Shown piece by piece: positions 1 through 19,960 of a stretch of 64,000 nucleotides of DNA. The DNA is taken from positions 326,678,001 to 326,742,000 of the forward strand of contig OZ024740.1 of NCBI GenBank assembly GCA_964016885.1, written 5' to 3'. Made by a program: the position numbers and the translations under genes. Under the pieces are notes generated by a model. It was not told the origin of the DNA, made no database searches, and saw nothing but the letters and a program-made list of their open reading frames with translations. Source of the stretch: Eledone cirrhosa. Lineage: Eukaryota. Positions within the stretch are counted from its first letter, which is position 1. Every line of letters begins with the position of its first letter.

Positions 1-338
1 AACAGAATCAATAGTGAATAAATGCAAAAACACAGAGTACATATATGCATATATATATATATACATATGTATATGTGTAAAATCCATTCTTTGATGTATT
101 CATTGAACCTTGTTTAACCCTTAAATATATATATATTTAAGAAAATACATAAATATTATATACATATAAAAATAAAAAGGTGGAAGGGGTAAACAAATAG
201 TTGGGATTACGACAAATAATAAATAAATAAATAAATAGATTAAGGTATAAATGTTTATAGCTGATATAGAGCACTCAACAAGTTCCTGGAGCAAATAATC
301 AATGAAAATAAACATTAAATTATTCTGTATGTAATTAT

Positions 339-445
<107 letters not shown>

Positions 446-549
446 AATACACACATATATACATACATATATATATATATATATACATATATATATACAT
501 ATAGGAAAAAGTATGACCCCGACGGCAGAGCTCAAGCCGTTTCGACGGC

Positions 550-601
<52 letters not shown>

Positions 602-774
602 ATATACATATATATATAAAAATACACATATACACACACACACACACACTAATATACACACACACATATCTAAACACACACACATATATATATATATATA
701 TACACACACATACATATACATACAGATATATACAACTATATACACACATACATATACATACAGATATATACAAT

Positions 775-866
<92 letters not shown>

Positions 867-1094
867 TACACAACACATACATACACACAGAAATAAATAT
901 CTATAAAATAAAAAAGGTGGGTATGTAAAGGGCAAAGTAGAAAGTAGGGGGGGGGGATAAGGAAAATAAATAACAGGAACAAGTTTAAATATAAGGGGAG
1001 ATAAGGGAGAAAAAGAATATAAGAGTACAGAAAGTGAGTTCAGAAAGTAATAAAAATCGTAGTGGGTGTAAGGCGTAGAGAGCAGAGAAGAAGT

Positions 1095-1760
1095 TCAAGG
1101 TGGTTGAGTCATCGTAGGAATGTCAATCCAGTTACAGATCAGATGTGATTTCAGGTGAGGACAACATCTGAAGATCTCGGTCTTGGAGTTCAGGCAAGTT
1201 GAAGTGGCTTTCAAGTTTTGTAGAATCCTAAATTTTTCAGTGGTACACAAAGAACAATTCTTTGTGCCCCTTTGGTATTCCCTCGAATGGTCTAAAATAG
1301 ACCAATCGATAGAGTAAGGGATGTTTTTATCTTTGAATTCCCACACCTTATTTGCGAGAGCCGTTGCTGTTCGTTTATCAGAGTGGTTAAAAGAAGCGAC
1401 ATGTGCATAAAACCTGGTTTTGAACCTGTCCTGAGTCATGCCAACATATCGTTCACTCCTGGCTGGTTGGTTATTAATAAAAGGTGTCACTTTGGCCTCA
1501 TATACAACGGATTTGGTATTACATTTGCCCTGTAATGGGCATTCATCCGGCTTCCTGCAACTGCATGTGGATTTATTCTCGTACGATTAGAATTGGTGAT
1601 TTTAGACTTCATTGATGGGCAGAAGAGTAACTGATTTTAACTACATTTCTATTAAATATCTTATAATATCTATGATTAGGAGGAAAATGTTTGTCTGGTT
1701 TTGACAGTTAAAGGGGGTGTAAACCAAATAATTTTCCTTTTCCTATTATTGTGATTAGTT
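1095..1760 (-). pseudogene. Penelope-like GIY-YIG endonuclease C-terminal fragment
   Basis: Translates as RKRKIIWFTPP ... CSCRKPDECPLQGKC..VVY...YVGMTQDRFKTRFYAH..SF...TALANKVWEFK...CSLCTTEK. Internally deleted. Confidence 0.85.
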
Positions 1761-2812
1761 TTAGGTGTTGCTTGTACGGCCAAAGCTATAGAAAAGGTTA
1801 ATAAGTTGAGAATGGAAAATACTAAATAAGAAATTGTAGAAGAGGGTAGTGAAAACATATAAAGCAAACTTTACTGGGGTCTAACACAGCTGTTAAAAAT
1901 AGTAAGTAAAGCATATTCCGAAGAATAAAGCGTATTATAAAGAAAAGAGATGTACTTCTTTTCTTTTCTGTAGATGTACTTCTTTTCTTTTCCTCTATGT
2001 TTTCTTCTTCCCCCTGTCTCATCCTATCACTTCCTTCCACCCAATCTTCTTCCTCGTCTGTTTTTCCCCTTTCGCCTACCCCGATGCAGCCCATCGGGCC
2101 TCTGTAGCCTCAGTACACCCACCCCAGTAATTTTAAGATAGAATTGGCCGAATACGCTTTACTAACTATTTATAGCAGATGTGTAGACCCCTGTAATTTT
2201 GTATCATTTTTGTTACTACTCCATCAATTTCTAATTTTTGTTTCTATTCTCAACTTATTAACCTGTAATTGTAAGATAGCATTGGCGGAATACGCTTGAC
2301 TAACTATTTTTAGCAGCTGTGTTAGACCCCTGTAAAGTTTGCTTTATATTTTTTCACTACCCTCTTCTACAATTTCTTATTTAGTATTTTCCATTCTCAA
2401 CTTATTAACTTTTCTATAGCTTTGACCGTACAAGCAACACCTACCAATCATAGCAGCTGTTTCTAGACCCTACTGTTTTTGTTGATTTTTTAAATTCATT
2501 TCTCACTATATATTTTTTTAATATTTCTTTCTATTATTTTTTATTGTCTCCTACTCTCATTCGAATTACTATTCTATAACTTCCCTCCTTCATTTTCTCC
2601 AGAACAATTTTTCGACTTTTCATACACTATCCTTAGAATCTGCTGTATACATATCACTTTCAACGCTTGACCGACTCCACTCACTCCCTATTGTTCTACA
2701 GGAAAGTTCAGCCACCCCTACCTCCCACCAAATGCCATGATAGACTTATTTGTGTTTACAACAAATTTTGACCAATCCTCTTGACAACTATAATCTTCCC
2801 ATGTAAGGAAGT

Positions 2813-2908
2813 ACCCCTTGACAAGTTTGGCTATTTATTCACTAGGCTAAAAATTCTAATTTAGTCCAGAAATAGCCGTCGAAACGGCTTGAGCTCTGCC
2901 GTCGGGGT
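2813..2908 (+). ncRNA. Type I hammerhead ribozyme, U3-A8 core variant
   Basis: acccc-TTGACAA-[long stem II ggctattt/aaatagcc]-GAAA-cggc..gccg-TC-ggggt. Confidence 0.75.
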
Positions 2909-2999
2909 CATACTTTTTCCTACTACCCACTCTACTAGCCTAAGTATTGAGTATTCTGGTGCGTTATGGTCCATCTGGTTCCTTACCACAATTCCTTCG

Positions 3000-6492
<3,493 letters not shown>

Positions 6493-6519
6493 ATCTTAAC
6501 TCGTGTGTTACACCTCTAT

Positions 6520-6610
<91 letters not shown>

Positions 6611-6815
6611 GATAAATATATATCCTAGAAACGATCGTAAAATGATGAATTTTTTAATATAAGGAACTGTTTCTTTGTTTTTATTCATTATTTTTATTAA
6701 TTTATATATATATATATATGTATATAAATGCCTGACTGAATACGCACGTGTGTTTTCTCTCATTCTTTCCCCGTGCTCACTCTTTGTCTTTTTATTTATC
6801 TATTTCTAACTCTAT

Positions 6816-6849
6816 CTTCTGATGAAGGACTAGTGTCCGAAACGTTAAG
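6816..6849 (+). ncRNA. Minimal hammerhead ribozyme in a solo pLTR-like fragment (~6760-6925)
   Basis: ctt-CTGATGA-aggac tagt gtcc-GAAA-cg-TT-aag. A degenerate relative lies at ~45680-45715 in homologous context. Confidence 0.7.
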
Positions 6850-6982
6850 CCTCTTTTCCTAGTATTTCAAGCGTTAAATGAATATATTTCTTCAATGTAC
6901 TGTGTTATTTGTGTTATTTCGGTTTATCTTTCACATAGATACACACACACACAAACAAACACACACATATATATGTGTGTAT

Positions 6983-7026
<44 letters not shown>

Positions 7027-7031
<5 letters not shown>

Positions 7032-7943
7032 TAAGTATGTACACGTACATACATATATGTATACAGACGTACAGTAGTATGTATATATACATACACACAC
7101 GCACACATATATATGTACGTATGGATTCACCGAATATTTATTATAATGCTCGATGTGTTTGTAAACAAACATCCCGTATTAAGCCGTAGTGTCCAGCAAC
7201 CATCGTTGCTCGTTTGTTCAACACTGACAAAGGAACGCTGTACTAGTTTCAAGCTTATTAGCTATCGTCAGCAACGTATACCTTTCTGCCAGATTGTTGA
7301 ACGTATATACTTACCTTATGCATATTAACGGCTGAATAGCCCAATTTGCATATCGAGTGGGTTAATCGGCCGGGTGCACCGAATACGATAAACGGAAAAA
7401 ATGAAACGAAATTTAATTTCCCACTCTTAGTACGGCTGTTACTTAAATATAAGTATGTACACGTACATACATATATGTATACAGACGTACAGTAGTATGT
7501 ATATATATATACATACACGCACACATATATATATTTATATGTACGTATGGATTCACCGAACATTTATTATAATGCTCGGTCTGTTTGTAAACAAACATCC
7601 CGTATTAAGCCGTAGTGTCCAGAAACCATCGTTGCTCGTTTGTTCAACACTGACAAAGGAACACTGTACTAGTTTCAAGCTTATTAGCTATCGTCAGCAA
7701 TATACCTTCCTGCCAGATTGTTAAACGTATATACTTCCCTTATGCATATTAACGGCTGAATAGCCCAATTTGCTTATCGAGGGGGTTAATCGGCCGGGTG
7801 CACCGAAAACGATAAACGGAAAAAATGAAACGAAATTTCATTTTCCACTTTTAGTATGGCTGTTACTTAAATATAAGTATGTACACGTACATACATATAT
7901 GTATACAGACGTACAGTAGAATGTATATATATATACATACACG

Positions 7944-7984
<41 letters not shown>

Positions 7985-8809
7985 GTATGGATTCACCGAA
8001 CATTTATTATAATGCTCGGTCTGTTTGTAAACAAACATCACGTATTAAGCCGTAGTGTCCAGCAACCATCGTTGCTCATTTGTTCAACACTGACAAAGGA
8101 ACGCTGTACTAGTTTGAAGCTTATTAGCTATCGTCAGCAACGTATACCTTTCTGCCAGATTGTTGAACGTATATACTTACCTTATGCATATTAACGGCTG
8201 AATAGCCCAATTTGCATATCGAGTGGGTTAATCGGCCGGGTGCACCGAATACGATAAACGGAAAAAATGAAACGAAATTTAATTTCCCACTCTTAGTACG
8301 GCTGTTACTTAAATATAAGTATGTACACGTACATACATATATGTATACAGACGTACAGTAGTATGTATATATATATACATACACGCACACATATATATAT
8401 TTATATGTACGTATGGATTCACCGAACATTTATTATAATGCTCGGTCTGTTTGTAAACAAACATCCCGTATTAAGCCGTAGTGTCCAGAAACCATCGTTG
8501 CTCGTTTGTTCAACACTGACAAAGGAACACTGTACTAGTTTCAAGCTTATTAGCTATCGTCAGCAATATACCTTCCTGCCAGATTGTTGAACGTATATAC
8601 TTACCTTATGCATATTAACGGCTGAATAGCCCAATTTGCTTATCGAGGGGGTTAATCGGCCGGGTGCACCGAAAACGATAAACGGAAAAAATGAAACGAA
8701 ATTTCATTTTCCACTTTTAGTATGGCTGTTACTTAAATATAAGTATGTACACGTACATACATATATGTATACAGACGTACAGTAGAATGTATATATATAT
8801 ACATACACG

Positions 8810-8848
<39 letters not shown>

Positions 8849-10260
8849 GTATGGATTCACCGAACATTTATTATAATGCTCGGTCTGTTTGTAAACAAAC
8901 ATCACGTATTAAGCCGTAGTGTCCAGCAACCATCGTTGCTCATTTGTTCAACACTGACAAAGGAACGCTGTACTAGTTTGAAGCTTATTAGCTATCGTCA
9001 GCAACGTATACCTTTCTGCCAGATTGTTGAACGTATATACTTACCTTATGCATATTAACGGCTGAATAGCCCAATTTGCATATCGAGTGGGTTAATCGGC
9101 CGGGTGCACCGAATACGATAAACGGAAAAAATGAAACGAAATTTAATTTCCCACTCTTAGTACGGCTGTTACTTAAATATAAGTATGTACACGTACATAC
9201 ATATATGTATACAGACGTACAGTAGTATGTATATATATATACATACACGCACACATATATATATTTATATGTACGTATGGATTCACCGAACATTTATTAT
9301 AATGCTCGGTCTGTTTGTAAACAAACATCCCGTATTAAGCCGTAGTGTCCAGAAACCATCGTTGCTCGTTTGTTCAACACTGACAAAGGAACACTGTACT
9401 AGTTTCAAGCTTATTAGCTATCGTCAGCAATATACCTTCCTGCCAGATTGTTGAACGTATATACTTACCTTATGCATATTAACGGCTGAATAGCCCAATT
9501 TGCTTATCGAGGGGGTTAATCGGCCGGGTGCACCGAAAACGATAAACGGAAAAAATGAAACGAAATTTCATTTTCCACTTTTAGTATGGCTGTTACTTAA
9601 ATATAAGTATGTACACGTACATACATATATGTATACAGACGTACAGTAGAATGTATATATATATACATACACGCACACATATATATATATATATATATGT
9701 ACGTATGGATTCACCGAACATTTATTATAATGCTCGGTCTGTTTGTAAACAAACATCACGTATTAAGCCGTAGTGTCCAGCAACCATCGTTGCTCGTTTG
9801 TTCAACACTGACAAAGGAACGCTGTACTAGTTTCAAGCTTATTAGCTATCGTCAGCAACGTATACCTTCCTGCCAGATTGTTGAACGTATATACTTACCT
9901 TATGCATATTAACGGCTGAGTAGCCCAATTTGCATATCGAGTGGGTTAATCGGCCGGGTGCACCGAAAACGATAAACGGAAAAAATGAAACGAAATTTCA
10001 TTTCTCACTCTTAGTACGGCTGTTACTTAAATATAAGTATGTACACGTACATATGGATGTACATATATATATGTGTCCGTGTATGTATACATACTACTGT
10101 ACGTCTGTATACATATATGTATATACGTGTATACATATATATATGTGTGCGTGTATGTATATATATATATATACATACTACTGTACGTCTGTATACATAT
10201 ATGTATGTACGTGTACACACTTATATTTAAGTAACAGCCGTACTAAGAGTGGGAAATGAA
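7027..10260 (-). mobile_element. Retrozyme-like tandem array, ~430-bp monomer x7 (864-866-bp dimer periodicity), plus short inverted arm at ~10075-10260
   Basis: Tandem repeats visible directly. One minus-strand HHR core per unit. No meaningful ORF. TA-rich flanks. Confidence 0.85.
7235..7277 (-). ncRNA. Type I hammerhead ribozyme (first of 7 in the 430-bp array)
   Basis: Reverse complement reads acgttg-CTGACGA-tagct aata agctt-GAAA-ctag-TA-cagcgt. Stem III ACTAGT is palindromic. Confidence 0.88.
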
Positions 10261-10272
10261 ATATATATATAT

Positions 10273-12081
<1,809 letters not shown>

Positions 12082-12101
12082 ATATATATATATATATATA
12101 T

Positions 12102-13141
12102 AAAAGACGTAAAATAAGAAAATTTAAAAACTTTTTTTTTTTAAAATTAACTTACTTACTTAAATTTTCACTCCAACTAATTAGTTTCTGCAATGGGATA
12201 AAGATAGTTACGTAATGAACTGTTGAGAATTTCATTGCGTCATCAGGGAGGTCTATTCTCAGCCAAGTCTCCAGGCAATGCGCGGACACTGGGGACTCAT
12301 ATAAAAATAATAATAATTCGGTAAATGGAACAGCTATCGAGGACTGGATTCCAGGTACTGAAAATTCTCACTGCTACTGGTCATATGGCCGATTCTAAAG
12401 AATCAATCACGTGACACAGAGGCTAGTCAGTAGGAATGGGATGGTAAGATGACAGACGCCTACTAACACCCCCAAAAAATTTTAGAAGTGGTTTTGGCAG
12501 GTTTGCTCGACAAAACAGTGATTTGGAGATAAATATAGATAATTTAATATATCTACTAACATAAGCGCACAGATGTACGCTAATGCTAGCAAATACACAG
12601 GTTATGTCATAGTACCTAGGTGGTTCAATGCAGGAGGATGCAGAACAATAATATAAAAGACGTAAAATAAGAAAATTAAACATTTAAAAAAAAAAAAATT
12701 AACTTACTTAAATTTTCACTCCAACTAATTAGTTTCTGCAATGGGATAAAGACAGTTACGTAATGAACTGTTGAGAATTTCATTGCGTCATCAGGGAGGT
12801 CTATTCTCAGCCAAGTTTCCAGGCAATGCGCGGACACTGGGGACTCATATAAAAATAATAATAATTCGGTAAATGGAACAGCTATCGAGGACTGGATTCC
12901 AGGTACTGAAAATTCTCACTGCTACTGGTCATATGGCCTATTCTAAAGAATCAATCACGTGACACAGAGGCTAGTCAGTAGGAATGGGATGGTAAGATGA
13001 CAGACGCCTACTAACACCCCCAAAAATTTTTAGAAGTGGTTTTGGCAGGTTTGCTCGACAAAACAGTGATTTGGAGATAAATATAGATAATTTAATATAT
13101 CTACTAACATAAGCGCACAGATGTACTCTACTGCTAGCAAA
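12102..13141. repeat. ~550-bp tandem duplication (1.9 units), non-coding, between TA tracts
   Basis: 12102-12650 is repeated nearly identically at 12655-13141. Confidence 0.9.
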
Positions 13142-13179
13142 TTATCTATATATTATATTAAATTATCTATATTAAATTA

Positions 13180-13294
<115 letters not shown>

Positions 13295-13296
13295 AC

Positions 13297-13328
<32 letters not shown>

Positions 13329-14046
13329 ATATATATATATATATATAATATACTTATGTGTATGTGTGTGTGCGTGGTGTGTGCGTGTGGTGTTTATGTT
13401 GTTATACAAGTTAGTATATAATTAACACTAGTTTACGGCTGAGAAATATGAATACAAAAAGAAACCACAATGATATTAAACTTTATACTAAAAGTAATAC
13501 GTCGAGAATTCATGTACGTTTATACACTTGCTGCCTGTTTGGAAGCATGCCATTACTATTACTATTCTATTGTAATCAGTAAGCAAATTATGGCGCTCCC
13601 TGTATTCTTTTATTCTTCTGCTTTAACTGATTTCAATCAGCGGACCGCGGTCATGCTGCAACACCGCCTCGAGAATTTCAATCGATGATATCGACACCAG
13701 TACTTTTTTTAAAGTCTGCTTAATGTATCGATCACGTTTTTCAAACAGCCAAGTAACGTAACGTAAACAAGCAAAGACCCGGGCACATCTCGATAAACAC
13801 ACACACACATACACTATATATATAAATATACATTGGCGGACTGGGTCTAAAAATATTGGTTGCCAGGAGGAGACATCAGGAGACAACTACTATACTCTTA
13901 TTTAATTTTTATATCGAATAAATAAAACGTCTGAGGTGAGCGGGACACAGCCCAGCGAAGCCAACGTCTATACTAGCGAATCAGGTTCCTTACGATTTGA
14001 ACACATATATCTATATATCTGTGTTCGTTTTTTCTTTTATATCCTA

Positions 14047-14622
14047 CTAGCAGTGGTACCCGGCGTTGCACGGGATAAGGTATTTTGGAACGCGGGCCGC
14101 CAATAGACCTAAAAACTGCATGCCTGGACAATATGTAAAGAAAATAAACCGAATACTCTGATGGTTGGATTTTCCTCGATGAAGCAGGAAAAATGCAGGT
14201 TTTCCCTTAATGCGGGCGCTAGGGGATCAAGAAAATGAATTTTTTTTATGTGCATAATATGTCTTGAAATTTCGGGAAAATCGGCTAGACGTAACGCCTC
14301 CAAAAAGCCCTAAGAAGCTGAAAAAATGAAGTTCTTCACCTAATGCGGGCCCTAGGCCAAAAGAAAGTAGGACTTTCTTTGCTTACGGTATGAAGAAGAG
14401 ACTGACTAATACATAGTTACAATTTCAAGGAAATCGGTCTGACGTAACGCCTCAAAAAACCCCTAAAAACGTTAAACAACGCAGTTTTTCACATAATGCG
14501 GGCCTTAGGTGATACAAAAAGTTGAATTTTTTATGTGCATAACACTCCCTGAAACATAAGTAATACACATGTAAAGTTTGAAAAAAATCGGTTGGGTACT
14601 TCTCGAGTTTTAGGGATTCAAA

Positions 14623-14712
<90 letters not shown>

Positions 14713-15017
14713 TCCTCAAGGAAGTGACGTAATACAGACAGTCAGACATACAGACATATATTATAAGGGCGCGACATTATAAGTATGTATCTATCTAAAA
14801 AGAGAAAGACTAAGAATTATAGAGCGAGATCGCTAAATCGCCTAATGTGGTCGTTGGGGCAGAGAAAATTTGAATTTTATTTTGCTCAGAACACTCCCTG
14901 AAACATAAGTATTACATGTGTAAAGTTTGAAAACAGCCGGTTGGGTGGTTCTCGAGTTTTAGGGATTTGAACTCACACACACACACAGACAGACATCCTC
15001 AGTTTTATATATATAGA
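14047..15017 (-). mobile_element. Non-autonomous Helitron
   Basis: Minus strand reads A|TCTATATATATAAAACTGAGG ... CCCGTGCAACGCCGGG hairpin ... CTGCTAG|T. 5' TC, 3' CTAG, A|T target, no TSD. Homologous to 47136-47713. Confidence 0.82.
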
Positions 15018-16212
15018 TTATAAATAAATATATATTTTCTTCGGAATCGACTACCTTATGTTGTTTGAGAAGGGTGACCGTGGGGCATTCATAGCACCCC
15101 GTTCTCCAGATATTCTGCTGGGATAGTTGAAGGACAGACTGATATGTATACAAGACAGAACAGAAAATAAGGTGCAGTTTGCTGGAAGCAATACGGCAGA
15201 GAATTGCAAATTTGATTAACATTTAACGAGTGTTCCACCAGATTTTTAATGCAGAGTTCATCTTCCATAAATTTAACTTTATATAGATTTTATAAAAATA
15301 AAATATCTGTAGTGTGCAAACGACTTAATAGGTCATATGCTTACTATTTCCGTGATATAAGCTAACTCCACCGACTGATGCTGGCTTTAACAAGATACAG
15401 ATGCTAGAAGAAAAATGAAAAGAAAAAAAGAATGCGATCACAAAATATAAAAAATTACGAAAATAAAACGTGCAACATCAGTTAAGTGATAACTGATTGT
15501 CTCACAGACATTTGCAGACGTTAAACAAATAAAATAAAAACAAAAGAGCGAGGGATCATGATAGACATGTTGTGTCACAATGAGAAAAAATATTCTACAA
15601 AAAATAATCAAATAATCAAATAAAACCAAATGAAAATAACAAAAGTTTGCAGTTTAACGAGTTCTTATTTGAACAAATATTTATACATCTCATTTGATTG
15701 AATACGCTAGACATTAACATAACAAAGCTGCAAATAAATTAATTTATCAAGTGTTTTGATAAGTCTATTTATGCTATCTTCTCTATAGTCATTACAGTAG
15801 AGTTTGATTGACAACTATGTCTGTAGCCCGTCTACCGATTACCAGATATAGCGAGGAGACATGTCATGGCAAATCTAGTTTATAATGTTTCTACTTAACA
15901 CAAATATGTCATAATGTTTTTCCTTTAGTCCAGAGCTATGAATTATGTAATATTCTATATATTTTCTTCCGTGTGTTTATATATATATATATTTATATAT
16001 ATATATGTATATACACACACATATATATATATACATATGTATATGTGTATATTTATATATTCATATATATATGTGTGTGTATATATTTCTTCAATATACT
16101 ATGTCGTTTGCTTTGTTATTTCTGTTCACCTTTTACACACACACACACGCACACATTCATACATATAGTATATATATATACGTATGTGTGTGTTGGTATA
16201 TATATATATATA

Positions 16213-16275
<63 letters not shown>

Positions 16276-16397
16276 GTGTATATATTTATGTATGTTTATA
16301 TAGATATGTCTTTGTATGTACGTGTCTTTTCCTCACTTGAACTTTTAATATTGTGGAGGTCTGACATTGTTCAGCTCAAGCACGTAGATACTTGCAG

Positions 16398-16496
16398 ATA
16401 ATCGAACAGCCGAAAAAATACAAGCAGAGACGTCTAGTAAACTAAAATACTTTTTTAAAATGCTTATTCTCTGTCTTCGTCGGTCCACCACTCTTT
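16398..16496 (+). CDS. Candidate internal exon of an unknown host gene
   Basis: ttgcag| ... |gtaagt, 99 nt, open in phase 1 ([33 protein letters not shown]). No recognised homology. Confidence 0.25.
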
Positions 16497-16518
16497 GTAA
16501 GTTTGACTGTCTTTCCAC

Positions 16519-16586
<68 letters not shown>

Positions 16587-16890
16587 ATTTATGTATATAT
16601 ATATACGTACATGCACGCGTGTACACACACATGAATATATATACATATATACACACATACATACACATACAGATATAAATGCGCAGATGAAAAGAGTTAA
16701 AATGGAAATATGTATGTAAATTTATGTATGTATTATTAGCTGTGAACTATACAGGGGTTACGCAATGGCTTATACACTCACAGACACACATATACACATA
16801 CGCATATATATTTGTACATCATATATAGGCATATGTATATAGGCATATGTATGTGTAAATAGATAAACCGACAGATAAATATTTAGAGAG

Positions 16891-16967
<77 letters not shown>

Positions 16968-17866
16968 AGCAAGCAACAAGGAAGATTTATCGAAGATTCT
17001 GAAGCTTTGCCAGCTAAAATCTATTTGATGTTTGATAAACAGGAAAACATAGATGCACAACTATAAAGATACAAACACATAGACATTTTCATTCTACGGA
17101 AATACGAACATCCCAACGTGCGCACGCAATCACGCATACACTTCTTACCGAAAAACGAAGAAAAATAAGTAAAGCAGAGAAAAATTGAGAAAATATGAAG
17201 AACAAAAATTCTTGCAATATACGTACTCATTCGAGTTACACTGTTGAAATTTTAGCTGCATATTCTGCCCACTTAACATCGTTGTATGTTTGTAATTTCT
17301 TTTCTATGCCAATGACATTTTTGTCAGTAATTTCAAATTTTATCTACTGCATTTATTCATGTATAATATGGACCTTGTCCACACCCCACCGCACCCAATT
17401 TTCAACCAATCCTGTCAACATCAGAGAGCATATCGAACAATATTCGGTTAAATAAAGCAGAATTTTGCTCGTGTCTTGTTGATATAAAGTAGTCTGAGAA
17501 TAAAATTGATATTAGTAGCAAAAGAACATTATCTTTTGGATTAAACTAGACACAAGTTTAGTTTTGTACTATAGATAGGTACTACTTATGTCATTGTTGG
17601 TATCAATACAATTTACGTCCTATGAAAATATATTTGTAGGAAACAAGTAACAAGGCACTGGAGTTGTTTAAAATATTCTAATCACACGCGAGTTTCAACA
17701 ATGCTACAATAATAAAGCAATAATGTAAATAAGGATATTAAGCACATTTTAGTAATGTGATCGTTTTTTGTTTCAATCAGATTTTCCATTTGCGAAATTC
17801 AATCAAAACTTAGAAACTTATTTTCAAAGCACGCACGCACACACTTCTTATTTAGACATTTAACAG

Positions 17867-18057
17867 TTGATGTTTCAACAAATACTGGTGATTTACCATT
17901 TGAACCAAGGAAAACTGCCCTATTGCTGTTTGTCTCAAAGACAGATGCTAATTACATCATCGTGTACATTGCAATCATAGTAGATGTCTTGGTCATCTTT
18001 GTTCACTTTTATCTTGAACTTGCTCTTCAAAAGGAATGCCATTCAAGGCATTTGTGA
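17867..18057 (+). CDS. Candidate terminal exon with a putative transmembrane helix
   Basis: tttaacag| phase 1, reading DVSTNTGDLPFEPRKTALLLFVSKTDANYIIVYIAIIVDVLVIFVHFYLELALQKECHSRHL*. Two AATAAA signals about 100 nt downstream. Confidence 0.3.
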
Positions 18058-18283
18058 TGCAGCATTTGAAATTATACCAAGGAAACATTCGTGTACATTA
18101 CACAATATTTATTTTGCAAGATTTTATTGCCCATAATTATAGATTTTATACACGAATAAAAGAATGAATAAAACATGGATACGGTCATTTTTATTCGTTT
18201 ATTATATAATTGACGCCTCAGCCACCTTTTGTTTTCTCTTGTATCGCTGTCTATGTTTGATTGCTAATGCTCGACGCATTAAA

Positions 18284-18594
<311 letters not shown>

Positions 18595-19781
18595 GAGGCT
18601 GTATTATACGAGCTATCGTCTCCTGCAAGGCGGAAGGTCGGTATTTTAGTGCAATGGTCACCACTGCAGGGATATAGGCTGTCGTTCTGGCATATATCAG
18701 TCCACATTACAGATATGAGTAATTAATTCAAAAGTAGACTGCATTGGCTTGCGGAAGGAAAATGAAAAGTCAAACGTTCAAGTTAGTCCTGTTTGTTGAA
18801 TAACGATGTTTTTAGTTGACATCGAATAAGTAGACTGTGTAGTGAGGAATAGAGGGGGAGGGAAAGAGGGAAGGGAAACAGAGAAAGAAAGAAAGACAAC
18901 AGGGAATAATAGAAGAGGTGGGAAAGAGAAAATAGTAAATAATAAAGATTGGGGGTACAATGTGTCATGTATTGGCCAGTGATCAAAGAGTGAAATGAAG
19001 CCTGCTTGATAAGGAGGGTGATTTTTCAAAAACAAAACCCGTCAAGAGCGGAAGAGCTCACGAGAGTCAACGGTTAATCGGTTGTGTGCATATATGCCAA
19101 TGCATATATATGTGTATTTATATAAATATATGTGTGTCTGTACGTAAATACACATGAGAGAAGGATATTCTTACTTGAAACTTGCAGTGTTTGTAGTCTC
19201 TGGCCATCCTATTTTGTTTTTGCTTGTTACTAGATTAACGACTTCAAACAACCTTTCTAAATTCTATTCCATCCAGCGCAAATCAAAACACAAACTTCTT
19301 GGAGCCACACACTAACCATGGAACTTTTATTGTAGCGATCGGAGTATCAAGCGCGTCTGCGACACTAATACACCACAAGTCATCATGCAGACTAAGTTAC
19401 AGTTTGTACTATATACGTACAGATATAAATTTCTCGTATACCCCAGCTTCTTAGGACAAAGTTTAACCTATTTTATTTATCAAAATTAACTACTAACATA
19501 GACACTAATAATGTGCAATTTAGTACGTCCATTTGATAGGGTTTACAAGCTGATCAGTTACATATTTACTTGTGGTTGTTTAGTGATGTACATATTTTCT
19601 GATGAGGCCAAATAGTAACAGAATATTCGTAAGATTTAACTTTAGGAAATACGCAAATTTGACATGTTCATATGTCCATATACTGAATGTTTATATTAAT
19701 ATACACTTATACACATTTACGTCTCGTTTAAACTCCGTATAGATATACATTTATTGCAAACTTCGGTTGCTTTGTGTACAA

Positions 19782-19960
<179 letters not shown>

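Larger units (their letters stand above)
500..2998. mobile_element. Rearranged Penelope-like element relic (Naiad-like) with inverted segments
   Basis: GIY-YIG remnant on the minus strand. 500-553 is the reverse complement of ~2870-2922, and ~1762-1915 is the reverse complement of ~2285-2442. HHR at 2813-2908. Flanked by (TA)n. Confidence 0.75.

Noticed and set aside
13651-13752. Candidate exon (cag|...|gtaacg)
   Set aside because: Weak donor, phase incompatible with the downstream candidate exons, and no recognisable homology.
19595-19635. CTGATGAGGCC hammerhead-like start
   Set aside because: No matching stem II, GAAA or stem I.
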